Below, in pieces: positions 55,346 through 64,000 of a stretch of 64,000 nucleotides of DNA. The DNA lies in IMG/VR virus record IMGVR_UViG_3300023174_000039, positions 62,001 through 126,000 of that record. One strand, 5' to 3'. The position numbers and the translations under genes are program-made. Every line of letters begins with the position of its first letter. Positions within the stretch are counted from its first letter, which is position 1. Under the pieces are notes generated by a model. It was not told where the DNA came from. It searched no databases and saw only the letters and a list, made by a program, of their open reading frames with translations.

Positions 55346-55575
55346 TGCATCAAAACGTACAAAAACTCATCAACGATTATCAGGCAATTCTAGACCGAGA
55401 TCCCATGGATCAGATGGAAGACACTCAAAGCATTCTCACTCGCTTTGCGCAGTTGGTGGCCGCAGAGATAGGCGAGATTGTGGTAGCAAGCCCTTACATG
55501 GAAGGTACTCGCATGTACTTTGACGAGAAGATTGCTCGCTATGAGATCAAGAAAAGCGTGGGCCTAGCAGAATGA
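55342..55575 (+). CDS. hypothetical protein
   Basis: Coupled ORF. Confidence 0.65.
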   Translation: MMHQNVQKLINDYQAILDRDPMDQMEDTQSILTRFAQLVAAEIGEIVVASPYMEGTRMYFDEKIARYEIKKSVGLAE

Positions 55576-55916
55576 AGTGGTACTCGGAAACAACCGCATA
55601 CACAGACAGCATGCCCAACGGCACCTATCTCTTGAACGACTCCAAGACCAAACTGTATGCCTACGTAAGACCCGGAAGCGGCACTCCCAAACAGTTTAAG
55701 AACCCAATCAAAATTGACACCCGCGGCCGCAAGTTTGTGGAGAGCTCTACTCAGTACAAGATTCTTACTAAAGAGGAGCCCGAAGGTCGTGTATGGGAAG
55801 TGGCTGGTTCAAAAGGCGACGTGTACCGAGTAACTGAGGCCAATGGCTATCTCTCTTGCACCTGTTCAGGATTTCGGTTCCGAGGTGATTGTAAACACGT
55901 CAAAAGCATAGTATGA
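55572..55916 (+). CDS. SWIM zinc finger protein
   Basis: GSKG..Y.V....SCTC.GF.FRG.CKH. Confidence 0.8.
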   Translation: MKWYSETTAYTDSMPNGTYLLNDSKTKLYAYVRPGSGTPKQFKNPIKIDTRGRKFVESSTQYKILTKEEPEGRVWEVAGSKGDVYRVTEANGYLSCTCSGFRFRGDCKHVKSIV

Positions 55917-56146
55917 CCAAAAGAATTAAATTCTTTCACCTCAATGAGTTTCATAGACTTAGTGACACAATTCACCGTCGGTTTGGCCAAAGACTATGTA
56001 CTTTTGATCAAGATGTAATGCTTCAAGCTCGCAGTGAAGCCATTGAGTTTTTACGATCCAACGGATTTGATGTTGATGATGAATTGAATTGGGTCACTTG
56101 GGAAGACCCGAAAGACTACACCCTGGCTTTGTTAAAGTGGACATGA
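55913..56146 (+). CDS. hypothetical protein (same paralog family)
   Basis: VTWEDPKDYTLALLKWT. Confidence 0.65.
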   Translation: MTKRIKFFHLNEFHRLSDTIHRRFGQRLCTFDQDVMLQARSEAIEFLRSNGFDVDDELNWVTWEDPKDYTLALLKWT

Positions 56147-56188
56147 TATTTTAGACCAATAAGTACTTACTTAACAACCAAAACACAC

Positions 56189-56219
56189 AAGAATCAGGCC
56201 TAACCAGCCTGATTCTTTT
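56189..56219 (+). terminator. intrinsic terminator
   Basis: AAGAATCAGGC-CTAACCA-GCCTGATTCTT-TT. Confidence 0.8.
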
Positions 56220-56279
56220 GGAGACCCTTAAATAATTGTTGCAGATCATTGAGTCTGCTTTTTTAAGGAGTCTATTATT

Positions 56280-56510
56280 ATGGACAAAGCGTTTGAAATG
56301 GCCACAGGCCTTCTAAGTCATGTCATTGACCTAGGTATTAAGTTGATTGCTGCCGGAGTAGTATTGCAAATCCTATTTGGATCTGCTGTGCCATTCTTGT
56401 CAATTGATGTTGTTGCAAGTATTACCAAGTTGGTTGCCGCATTGGGCAGTCAAGGATTGGTTGGCTTGGTAGCAATTGCAGTGATATATTGGACTTTTAA
56501 CAAGAAGTAA
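56280..56510 (+). CDS. small membrane protein
   Basis: Two TMs; SD AAGGAG; TAAATA at 56229. Confidence 0.75.
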   Translation: MDKAFEMATGLLSHVIDLGIKLIAAGVVLQILFGSAVPFLSIDVVASITKLVAALGSQGLVGLVAIAVIYWTFNKK

Positions 56511-56528
56511 AATAGACTTTGATATCAC

Positions 56529-56560
56529 AAAAAAGCCACCCTAGGGTGGCTTTTGTTTTT
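56529..56560. terminator. bidirectional terminator
   Basis: AAAAGCCACC-CTAG-GGTGGCTTTT between convergent genes. Confidence 0.9.
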
Positions 56561-56787
56561 TACGCTTGGTCTACAAACTTCTTGAGTGCTTCCGCCTCAC
56601 TCACAATAGCCGTTGTTGACGGAAAGTCAGGCATGGTTGGAAACGGTAAACTGTCACGATTGGCATCAGTTAGTTTAGAGTGATACTCGTCTAAAAGCTG
56701 ACTGCGTTTTTCGTAAATTGGCGCCTGGAGGATTTCCTTGGCCAGGGTGAGAAGTTCGAGACGGATCTCGTAAGGTGTTTTGCTCAT
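56560..56787 (-). CDS. conserved phage hypothetical protein
   Basis: MSKTPYEIRLELL.LAK...P....I...A..L..FV; SD AGGAG. Confidence 0.75.
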   Translation of the reverse strand: MSKTPYEIRLELLTLAKEILQAPIYEKRSQLLDEYHSKLTDANRDSLPFPTMPDFPSTTAIVSEAEALKKFVDQA

Positions 56788-56859
56788 GTTTTTCTCCTGT
56801 GTATGTGTGTGTCGTTCAAGTCCCGCCCTATGCAGGACAAGATTGCTACACGAGCATGT

Positions 56860-57291
56860 TTACTTATAGATGTAGTTGATGGTGGTAGAATTTTCGCGGT
56901 AGATACCAGCACCATTCTTCAAATGGAAACGTCGAGCCATTTCGGTCTTGGGACTCAAGGTCACATAGGTATCAATGCCGGGAAATTCGGCTTCGATTGA
57001 CTTCTGGGCTTCTTGGATTAGGATACGACCTGCACCACTGGCGTAACTCCAAATTGTGTAAAATACCGCAGTTGTGGCACTCTCCACAATACCAGCCATG
57101 TCCTCCACAGCTTCAGGAATTGAGTTTAGGAATTTTACACAGGTTACAGCTTCGGTCTTGTCACCGTCCTTGAGCACATACATTCGACTGTTGATATTGA
57201 CGCGGTCGGTCAATGGAATCTCAGGACGAACAGGGTCGTCTTTGATCAGAGTTTCTAGGTCTTCTGTGATGCTTGTGATTGTGTATAACAT
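56860..57291 (-). CDS. GNAT-like phage protein
   Basis: DDPVRP, FYTIWSY..GAGR, TLSP.TEMA..FHL.NGA. Confidence 0.7.
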   Translation of the reverse strand: MLYTITSITEDLETLIKDDPVRPEIPLTDRVNINSRMYVLKDGDKTEAVTCVKFLNSIPEAVEDMAGIVESATTAVFYTIWSYASGAGRILIQEAQKSIEAEFPGIDTYVTLSPKTEMARRFHLKNGAGIYRENSTTINYIYK

Positions 57292-57348
57292 AATGTACGC
57301 CGTTTCTTTATGTATAGTTATTTATCATCGTAATATTACAAAACCATT

Positions 57349-57377
57349 AAAAAACCTGCCTTACGACAGGTTTTTTT
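57349..57377. terminator. intrinsic terminator
   Basis: AAAAAACCTG...CAGGTTTTTT. Confidence 0.8.
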
Positions 57378-57560
57378 GCCTTTTAGGTCCATGCCTCTTG
57401 ATGTTTTTTCAAGGCCAACATCCTGGCCAAGAACAATCTATCTAGCACATAATCGGAAAGGTCTTCATCTTCGTGTATGACTTTTCCAAACTCCAAACTT
57501 CTCCGATTACGTCCAAACGTGACTTCGTCATCTATGACAATGTCATCGTTGTCTTCAAGA

Positions 57561-57779
57561 TTATTTGGCGGCTGGTGCGGCTGCTTTGGCGTCTGCTTTA
57601 GCTGCGTCTTTCTTGGCAGGCTCACTTTTGGCAGGCGTTGCTGGCGCAGGTGCGGCAGGGGCTGGTGCTGTGACAGCAGGTTTGGCTTCCACTTTCTTTT
57701 CTTCTTTCTTGGCAGGTTCTGCGGCAAAAGCGGAAACTGCAAATGCAGTGGTAGCAATAAGAGCGATAAGTTGTTTCAT
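57561..57779 (-). CDS. small secreted Ala/Lys/Pro-rich protein
   Basis: Signal peptide MKQLIALIATTAFAVSAFA; EPAKK repeats; SD AAGGAG. Confidence 0.8.
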   Translation of the reverse strand: MKQLIALIATTAFAVSAFAAEPAKKEEKKVEAKPAVTAPAPAAPAPATPAKSEPAKKDAAKADAKAAAPAAK

Positions 57780-57998
57780 GGTAATCTCCTTGATTAGAAA
57801 CTGGTAGACCAAGACCTTCCTGGCTACACATATACAACGCCATAGCCCTAGAAAACGTTTACGTGTTTTGGTTATATTGCCAAACTATTTTGTTTTGGCA
57901 AATGCTGTGCCAAATATCATTGCGTTTGTGTTACAATACCCGTATAATAGTGACATACTGTACGCAAACAGTATTTTTACATGAAAGGTAAATTTAAC

Positions 57999-58265
57999 AT
58001 GCGATTCAATCCTGAAACAAAAACTTACAAACTGTTCTCTGCTTTGCACAAAGGCGAGACAGTTACCGCTAGCCAAGCTGAAAAACGTTTTGGTGTCAAA
58101 AACATCAGCGCCGAAGTCAGCCGCATCCGCCAAGCTGGCTTTGCAGTATATGCCAATCAGCGTGTGGCTGGTAATGGTGTAAAAGTTACTGAGTACCAAA
58201 TTGGCAAGCCAAGCCGCAAGTTGATTGCCGCTGGTTACAAAGCCATGGCACTTGGTTTGGTCTAA
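57999..58265 (+). CDS. winged HTH phage protein
   Basis: G..VT..QA..RFG..N.SA.VS.IR..G.AVY.N; promoter TTGCGT-17-TATAAT at 57920. Confidence 0.75.
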   Translation: MRFNPETKTYKLFSALHKGETVTASQAEKRFGVKNISAEVSRIRQAGFAVYANQRVAGNGVKVTEYQIGKPSRKLIAAGYKAMALGLV

Positions 58266-58299
58266 ATTAGACTCGCTGGCTCCCCAAAAGAGCCACACC

Positions 58300-58357
58300 A
58301 AAAAACCCACCGCCCTGGTGGGTTTTTATTGACTTTTTATTCTGTCTGTTGTATAAT
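58300..58357 (+). promoter_or_regulatory. terminator followed by sigma70 promoter
   Basis: AAAAACCCACC-GCCCT-GGTGGGTTTTT, then TTGACT-17-TATAAT. Confidence 0.8.
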
Positions 58358-58378
58358 TGTGTTGTAAAGGAGTAGCCA

Positions 58379-58831
58379 ATGCTATTAAAACTTTTAGACC
58401 GTTTGGGACGCAAACGTATTGTAATGGATCGAGTAGAAAATGAACCATATCTTGAACGCTATTATCTGTTTCTCCGGGATCGTGAACGATTTCCGTTTAA
58501 TATATTTTTGCACAAGTTTCTCAAATCTGATCCCGATGATGTGCATGACCATCCTTGGCCTTATGCCACTGTTATACTAAAAGGTGGGTACTGGGAATGG
58601 ATACCTGTGTTTGATACTATAGGGAGAAAAATTGGTGAAGTCCAACATTGGCGCAAGCCTGGCCATTTTCGCACTTGTAGTGCTAGTAGTTTTCATCGCA
58701 TTGAGCTAGACCCCAACGTTACTTGTTGGACCTTGTTCATGCCTGGACCCAAGCAACGTGATTGGGGATTCATGGTCAAGAACAAGTGGGTACAATGGGA
58801 ACAATATTTAAAACAAAGGAAGTCAGTATGA
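58379..58831 (+). CDS. cupin-like protein
   Basis: LHKF..SD....HDHPW....L.GGY.E...HRIEL...WGF. Confidence 0.8.
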   Translation: MLLKLLDRLGRKRIVMDRVENEPYLERYYLFLRDRERFPFNIFLHKFLKSDPDDVHDHPWPYATVILKGGYWEWIPVFDTIGRKIGEVQHWRKPGHFRTCSASSFHRIELDPNVTCWTLFMPGPKQRDWGFMVKNKWVQWEQYLKQRKSV

Positions 58832-59133
58832 AGTGGTTGAAACGCATGATCTATCGATGGTATCAAGATGGTCGAGACATGTATGACGAAGAACCAGCTA
58901 CTCTTAGTAGCAAACCGTTTCGAAACAGAGTTGCCATACGAGGCAATGACATTGACTCAGATGAAGGCCTCAACATCACAGTTCGCAAAGCTGTGGGCGG
59001 TAAGATTGTGTCATTCCGTTACTATGACAACAAACAAGATCGCACCAACTACAAACTGTATGTGATTCCAGATGACCTGGACTTTGACAAGGAACTGGGC
59101 AAGATGATCACTTTAGAATCAATGCGGATGTAA
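58828..59133 (+). CDS. hypothetical protein
   Basis: ATGA-coupled; AVGG.IV....YD. Confidence 0.7.
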   Translation: MKWLKRMIYRWYQDGRDMYDEEPATLSSKPFRNRVAIRGNDIDSDEGLNITVRKAVGGKIVSFRYYDNKQDRTNYKLYVIPDDLDFDKELGKMITLESMRM

Positions 59134-59141
59134 ATACAATC

Positions 59142-59516
59142 ATGGACTTTGTAGAATTTTTAGTAGACAGTTTGTTGATTTTTGTAACCATCCAGGTTGG
59201 ATTGAATTTAGTGGCCTGGGTGCTCAAACGACGTGTAGAGTCAAACTTGAATACAGTATCTGCTGATATTGAACTCGAACGTCTGATTCCGCTCACCATT
59301 GAGGTTGTAGACAATCAGTATTTCTGCTACAATAGCATAACACAAGATTTTGTGTGTCAAGGGGTTAACTTGGTTGAAATAGTAAAAAGATTCAAACAAC
59401 GCTATCCTGACAAGTCAGCTGCCATCTTCAATGGCGATGAAACAGCAGTGCGTACACTTAAATCACAATTGAAAGAACTTGATGAAAATAGCAGTAGCGT
59501 CAGATATACATCTTGA
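59142..59516 (+). CDS. hypothetical membrane-anchored protein
   Basis: N-terminal TM; FVCQG. Confidence 0.65.
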   Translation: MDFVEFLVDSLLIFVTIQVGLNLVAWVLKRRVESNLNTVSADIELERLIPLTIEVVDNQYFCYNSITQDFVCQGVNLVEIVKRFKQRYPDKSAAIFNGDETAVRTLKSQLKELDENSSSVRYTS

Positions 59517-60330
59517 ATTTGGAGACTTGGACTTTGAAAACACTGACGGTGCTGAAGTCCTAATCCTGTCGGGTGATATCTGCGTGGCCAATGATCTTGG
59601 CCACAACACCATTGAAAGCACAGTGATGTATCGTAGCACTCGGTATCATGGCTTCTTTAAAAGATGTTGTGAGAGATTCCCGCATGTGATCTATGTGCTG
59701 GGCAATCATGAACACTATCATGGTGATGTGGCCACCACACTAGATCAAATGCGATCGGTGTTGGCGTATTTGCCCAATCTCTATATCATGGAAAAAGAGA
59801 GTCGGGTTATTGGTGATACCACATTTGTGGCAGGTACCTTGTGGACTGATATGAATCAAGAAGATCTGCATACCTTGGCTCACATGCGTGGTTACATGAA
59901 TGACTTCCGTATTATCAGCGACAGCCGTGCTCTAGTGCATTTTAAAGATCGGGATGGTAAGTTCCAGACACGAGTCGGTAAATGGACTCCAGAGGCATCA
60001 GTCACTGATCACAAGGCCATGAAGGGCATGATCCGGGAAACTGTGGAAGCCGATCCCACTGCTCGCTATGTGGTAGTGGGACATCATGCACCCAGTAGAT
60101 TAAGCACCAAACCGCGATATCAGAAGGATGTAGTGGTAAATGGTGGATACAGTTCCAGCCTGGATGATTTTATCTTGGATCATCCACAGATTCGGCTGTG
60201 GACACACGGGCACACACATGATACATTTGACTACCAGATTGGGTCAACCCGCATTGTGTGTAATCCACGTGGGTATGCAGGACATGAAGAGCAAGCAAAC
60301 TTATGGCAATTGATTACCGTGGATGTATGA
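59482..60330 (+). CDS. metallophosphoesterase
   Basis: SDIHLE, GD, GNHEHY, TLWTD, HHAP, HGHTH, NPRGY. Confidence 0.9.
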   Translation: MKIAVASDIHLEFGDLDFENTDGAEVLILSGDICVANDLGHNTIESTVMYRSTRYHGFFKRCCERFPHVIYVLGNHEHYHGDVATTLDQMRSVLAYLPNLYIMEKESRVIGDTTFVAGTLWTDMNQEDLHTLAHMRGYMNDFRIISDSRALVHFKDRDGKFQTRVGKWTPEASVTDHKAMKGMIRETVEADPTARYVVVGHHAPSRLSTKPRYQKDVVVNGGYSSSLDDFILDHPQIRLWTHGHTHDTFDYQIGSTRIVCNPRGYAGHEEQANLWQLITVDV

Positions 60331-60509
60331 AATGGATTCGCTATAGCGGTGCCAGTGTTATTGTCACACTGAATCCGCTACACTGGAGTTGGATACCTAG
60401 GGCTCGGCATGAAAAAACTGTGGAGTGGCCTAGTCCCAACGAAAACACCTACATGGTGTCGTGGTTATTTTTAACTGTTCGAGCGTGGACAGACAACGGA
60501 GATTGGTAA
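60327..60509 (+). CDS. hypothetical protein
   Basis: ATGA-coupled, Trp-rich. Confidence 0.6.
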   Translation: MKWIRYSGASVIVTLNPLHWSWIPRARHEKTVEWPSPNENTYMVSWLFLTVRAWTDNGDW

Positions 60510-61234
60510 TGAAAGTTTATATCAGCGGATATCGAGATCACTGGATCTCCCCTTACACCATGTTGGACTATGCATTCTTTTGGACTGACTGGTCAAAGTG
60601 TGCTCGATGGAAACTTCTACAAACCCTGGAAGATGAAAGTCGAGAAAAGTCCACATACGTGGAACGCCCTGAATGGTGTGAAAAGTGGAGTGATCGCCTG
60701 GAACCCATTAGTAAAGCCATCCAGTGGGTATGGGATCGAGTGCATCCACCCATCAACTATGTGAAAATTGATCACTACGATACCTGGAGCATGGATCATA
60801 CCTTGGCTCACATTGTGTTGCCCATGCTGAAACAACTACAGGAAAAAAAGCACGGCTCGGCTCTGGTGGCAGATGAGGATGTGCCCGAACATCTCAGAAG
60901 CACCGCCGCACCGCCCAAAAAAAATGAGTGGGACACTGATGACAACCTGCACCTTCGTTGGGAGTGGGTCATGAACGAAATGATCTTTGCGTTTGAGTGC
61001 AAGATGGACGACTCCTGGGAAGATGCTTATCGCTCAGGAGAACATGATCTACTATGGATTCCTGTGGACAAGGATGGCAACGAAGTGCCTAAAGGTGAGC
61101 ACAAGCATTACCAAATGACGCACGGTCCCAAAGACACATACAAGTGTGATTATGAAGGCATGAAGAAGGTAGAAGACCGTATTCAAAACGGCTTCCGCTT
61201 GTTTGGCAAGTACTATCAAGGCCTGTGGGATTGA
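60509..61234 (+). CDS. conserved phage hypothetical protein
   Basis: DTWSMD.TLA.I.LPML.QL...HG...GF.LFGKYY..LWD. Confidence 0.75.
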   Translation: MKVYISGYRDHWISPYTMLDYAFFWTDWSKCARWKLLQTLEDESREKSTYVERPEWCEKWSDRLEPISKAIQWVWDRVHPPINYVKIDHYDTWSMDHTLAHIVLPMLKQLQEKKHGSALVADEDVPEHLRSTAAPPKKNEWDTDDNLHLRWEWVMNEMIFAFECKMDDSWEDAYRSGEHDLLWIPVDKDGNEVPKGEHKHYQMTHGPKDTYKCDYEGMKKVEDRIQNGFRLFGKYYQGLWD

Positions 61235-61704
61235 TGGCAGACGACGCCAACTCTGCCAAAGGACGAACCAGTTTTGATGTTGCCACAGGCAACACCTTGG
61301 TTCAATTCTTCAATCGAAACGTAACACCCTACGCTACCGAATCCAGCGGACCCAAGTTTGACCTAATCCCTGTTGAAAAACAAAAAGACATCATGGTCAA
61401 TGTTGCCCGTTTGCATGCCCAACAAGAGTATGACCGAATCATGGACTTGGTTGCGGTACTAAGCAAACAGGCCGAACAGATCAAGCATAGATTGGACATC
61501 ACAGACATGGTGCATGCGGCCAAATATGATTTCCAAACCTATCACGGCAACACCTATTGGTTGCTGTATGATCGCAGGAAGGACTGTACTAGGTTAAGTA
61601 TCAATGGCCCCGACGACTGGAATACCGGTATCCCTGACGGCTACGAGTACATTACTCGGATCAAATGGTTGGGAGATTACACCTGGATTGAAGTTGACGA
61701 ATAA
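61234..61704 (+). CDS. DUF2452-like protein
   Basis: PY.T....P.F, AKY.F....G..Y.LY, LS...P..W, D.TW. Confidence 0.65.
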   Translation: MADDANSAKGRTSFDVATGNTLVQFFNRNVTPYATESSGPKFDLIPVEKQKDIMVNVARLHAQQEYDRIMDLVAVLSKQAEQIKHRLDITDMVHAAKYDFQTYHGNTYWLLYDRRKDCTRLSINGPDDWNTGIPDGYEYITRIKWLGDYTWIEVDE

Positions 61705-61738
61705 TACAACTCTGTGCTATAATCAATGACCAATAACT

Positions 61739-61993
61739 ATGACTGATTCAATGTTTGACTCAATGATCCACGACCTATTATCTCGACATGATCCACGCCA
61801 AACTAATCTACCAATTAAACTAGCAGACTATGAATCTTGGCAGAAGTTATATACATTTGACGCCCTGCAAGACATGAGATATGGGCAGAGTTTTTGCAAT
61901 CACTTTGACATTCAAGATCATAGAATTTACTATGAGCGAGATTGGGTGCGATGTGATACACTCATAAGGAGAGAATGGATTGAAAGACCTTGA
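61739..61993 (+). CDS. hypothetical protein
   Basis: RYGQSFCNHF; upstream TTGACG-18-TATAAT. Confidence 0.6.
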   Translation: MTDSMFDSMIHDLLSRHDPRQTNLPIKLADYESWQKLYTFDALQDMRYGQSFCNHFDIQDHRIYYERDWVRCDTLIRREWIERP

Positions 61994-62222
61994 TTTTCCG
62001 CACGGTGCTAGAATCAAATGGGGCAGACCGTTTGATTCAATTACACAATGGGACGAAGTGGCCACCTGGGGCATAGAGTTCTTTGGCCTGCCTGGTGATC
62101 GCTATGTCACCGACATCAACATCAACGAAATGGTTTGGTGGTTCCGAGACCCACGTGATCAAACCCTGTTTACCTTGCGCAATGGATCAGCACAATGCAT
62201 CCAATTACAATTCGAGACGTGA
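61980..62222 (+). CDS. hypothetical protein (same paralog family)
   Basis: FGLPGDRY...WFRDPRDQTLFTLR. Confidence 0.65.
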   Translation: MKDLDFPHGARIKWGRPFDSITQWDEVATWGIEFFGLPGDRYVTDININEMVWWFRDPRDQTLFTLRNGSAQCIQLQFET

Positions 62223-62410
62223 GTCCGTTTGACGCAATTGGATACAAGTTTCAATTGATACAGGCAGGCTTGGTCATGGATGATGATTTTTCTTGGTCGT
62301 ATGTTCCATCCACCTGGGACAACTTCACCGGCGAAACACACGGCAAATATGTGGTGTTTCAATTTCGTGAAGCTAATCTAGCAACTTTTTATCAATTAAA
62401 ATGGACATGA
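62195..62410 (+). CDS. hypothetical protein (same paralog family)
   Basis: FQFREANLATFYQLKWT. Confidence 0.65.
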   Translation: MHPITIRDVSPFDAIGYKFQLIQAGLVMDDDFSWSYVPSTWDNFTGETHGKYVVFQFREANLATFYQLKWT

Positions 62411-63219
62411 AATACTTTTTACTTGCACTTGCTCTTGTGGTGTCTCCAGCCTGGAGCAAGACCAAAACAGCTAACTTGCCCACAGAGTCCGTGTTGATAT
62501 TCAATGTGTCAACCAATAAATCTGAATATGAACGCAACGCCACAGAGCAACGTGCCATTGCGTCGATCACCAAGATCATGACTGCCATGGTTACCCTGGA
62601 TTATGATCGTGACCTGGGCAAACAACTCATGCACCGGCCAAGTGTGAGCACAAGTTTGCCCCGGCAACTGTACACACGACAAGACTTGCTCACTGCCATG
62701 TTGGTCAAAAGTGACAATGGGGCCGCAGAGACCCTGGCCCAAGACTATCCCGGGGGTGTGTCTGCTTTTGTGCAACGCATGAATCTACAGGCACGCGAAT
62801 GGGGCATGAGCCGAACTGAATTTGTAGATCCACATGGCCTTAGTTCTGGCAACATCAGCACAGCACATGATGTAGCTGACATGATTACTACCTCCACCGG
62901 CTACTGGTTCATTCGAGAAACCTCAATCAAGAAACAAGTGGCCATTGAAACTCAACAAAAGAAACGAGTGCGTACCATCAGTCTTGCCCATACCAGCGCA
63001 CCCATGTTGTTTGAGTTTGACAACATCATTGTGAGCAAAACTGGACTGACATCGGCAGCAGGTTGGTGCGTGGGCATGGCAGTGAATCAGCGCCAGCAAC
63101 AGTATGTTATTGTGGTGTTGGGCGCACCCAACAAGGCACATCGTTTTGAAGTGGTCAAAGACATGATGTACAACCATGTGCTGGATCAGAATATTCCCTA
63201 CTCCTTGGATTTGCAATAA
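62407..63219 (+). CDS. D-alanyl-D-alanine carboxy/endopeptidase (peptidase S11, PbpG-like)
   Basis: Signal peptide; SITK (SxxK), SDN, DPHGL, KTG. Confidence 0.92.
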   Translation: MKYFLLALALVVSPAWSKTKTANLPTESVLIFNVSTNKSEYERNATEQRAIASITKIMTAMVTLDYDRDLGKQLMHRPSVSTSLPRQLYTRQDLLTAMLVKSDNGAAETLAQDYPGGVSAFVQRMNLQAREWGMSRTEFVDPHGLSSGNISTAHDVADMITTSTGYWFIRETSIKKQVAIETQQKKRVRTISLAHTSAPMLFEFDNIIVSKTGLTSAAGWCVGMAVNQRQQQYVIVVLGAPNKAHRFEVVKDMMYNHVLDQNIPYSLDLQ

Positions 63220-63226
63220 TTACAAC

Positions 63227-63460
63227 ATGCTAGAAGAAAGAGTTATAGACTCTAGAAAACGAGAAAGTTTCCAGTACTCCCGGGAAATTTCCAAACCTTT
63301 TGGCAAATTAGATCATGTGCTGGATTGGTGCAAAACCGAACTTGTAGGCGACTGGCGTTGGCAATTGGTAGATGTGAGTTCGGATAGTCGTCCGGGACGC
63401 TACATTTTCTACTTTGATTTGGAACGAGACTTTTTTGCCTTTACTCTACAATGGTCCTAG
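63227..63460 (+). CDS. hypothetical protein (same paralog family)
   Basis: WCK...GDWRW...FYFDLERDFFAFTLQWS. Confidence 0.65.
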   Translation: MLEERVIDSRKRESFQYSREISKPFGKLDHVLDWCKTELVGDWRWQLVDVSSDSRPGRYIFYFDLERDFFAFTLQWS

Positions 63461-63462
63461 CC

Positions 63463-63494
63463 TGGTTGACCAATAAATCCCCTTATGCTATACT
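63463..63494 (+). promoter_or_regulatory. early promoter cassette, copy 6 (diverged)
   Basis: GGTTGACCAATAAATCCC...TATACT, 17-bp spacer. Confidence 0.8.
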
Positions 63495-63520
63495 GTTCAT
63501 AACACCTTGGGAGAAACTTT

Positions 63521-63754
63521 ATGATTCAAATTGAAAACCTTACACCCTACCAGTGCGAGATGCTGGACATAATGTGGGAACTAGAAAGCCAAGAACAATA
63601 TGTTGAATGGTATGAACTGTTGGATCCAGAAGATCAACTGTTGGCCGAATCCCTGCAATGCTTGATCATCATGGAAAGTCTTGAGCCCACAATTGCAGGC
63701 ATGGACAATTACTGGTTGGCCACTAACTACCTTAAGAAATTTCAACTGCAATGA
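63521..63754 (+). CDS. hypothetical protein
   Basis: I.NLT..Q.EMLD.MW; SD GGAG. Confidence 0.7.
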   Translation: MIQIENLTPYQCEMLDIMWELESQEQYVEWYELLDPEDQLLAESLQCLIIMESLEPTIAGMDNYWLATNYLKKFQLQ

Positions 63755-64000
63755 ATCACAAATTTTTGGTCATGTGGTGCAACGAAGGTCTTGAGTGTGT
63801 GGTTGACCTAACCGAGGATGAAAAAAATCGTACTTGGTCTGTACTCGCGGGAAAACCTCCGGTGAGTCAATTGCCCAGCCTACACCACTTGATTCTACGT
63901 GCTAGATACAACCAACAACGCCATTATGAAATTTACACCGTGGAAGCCACAGAAGGCATCTCAGCAGATGACATCCGCGATATGTTTGAAGGTTCTCCAC
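63751..64000 (+). CDS. hypothetical protein (3'-truncated)
   Basis: MNHKFLVMWCNEGLE...LRARYN.QRHYEIY; open to the window end. Confidence 0.65.
   Translation, partial: MNHKFLVMWCNEGLECVVDLTEDEKNRTWSVLAGKPPVSQLPSLHHLILRARYNQQRHYEIYTVEATEGISADDIRDMFEGSP

Noticed and set aside
56808-56856. GTTCAAGTCCC as a tRNA T-loop
   Set aside because: No T-stem pairing or cloverleaf; it is the antisense of a hairpin-containing 5' UTR
1-64000. Alternative genetic code (stop-codon reassignment)
   Set aside because: Conserved genes are full length under code 11 and TAA, TGA and TAG all terminate genes
1-64000. Retron, DGR, integrase or transposon
   Set aside because: No reverse transcriptase, recombinase or transposase motif and no TR/VR pair seen
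1-64000. Bacterial chromosome origin (many host-like genes)
   Set aside because: Host-like genes are isolated from their usual operons and interspersed with PAAR, tail, phage ligase, small phage ORFs and TAAATA late promoters

Overview
The whole window looks like part of a large lytic dsDNA bacteriophage (T4-related/jumbo type), read with the standard genetic code. The host is probably an aquatic Proteobacterium; a PHB-storing Betaproteobacterium is inferred from the iscU/iscA, phasin-like and DUF3563-like genes. Core phage genes include nrdA/nrdB/grx, an ATP-dependent DNA ligase, a PD-(D/E)XK exonuclease, PAAR and tail/baseplate-like proteins. Host-type accessory genes are unusually many: IscU/IscA, radical SAMs, ClpX/ClpS/two ClpP, Hsp20, bS21, an unannotated ArfA-like ORF, Prx5, YccA, UvsE, a UDP-glucose dehydrogenase/amidinotransferase cluster, a PlcP-like phospholipase plus GT2, an amino-acid binding protein + DAACS symporter + Asp racemase operon, and an S11 PBP. 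The most striking signal is regulatory. Pho-box-like 11-bp direct repeats sit at a fixed distance from phage late-type TAAATA promoters, one of them in front of the plcP-like/GT2 pair. PhaR-like boxes precede a phasin-like gene and a micro-ORF operon. A shared ROSE-like RNA leader precedes hsp20 and the phasin. Near-identical sigma70 promoter cassettes supply stop codons for the upstream genes. All family calls come from motif recognition by eye; no database searches were run.
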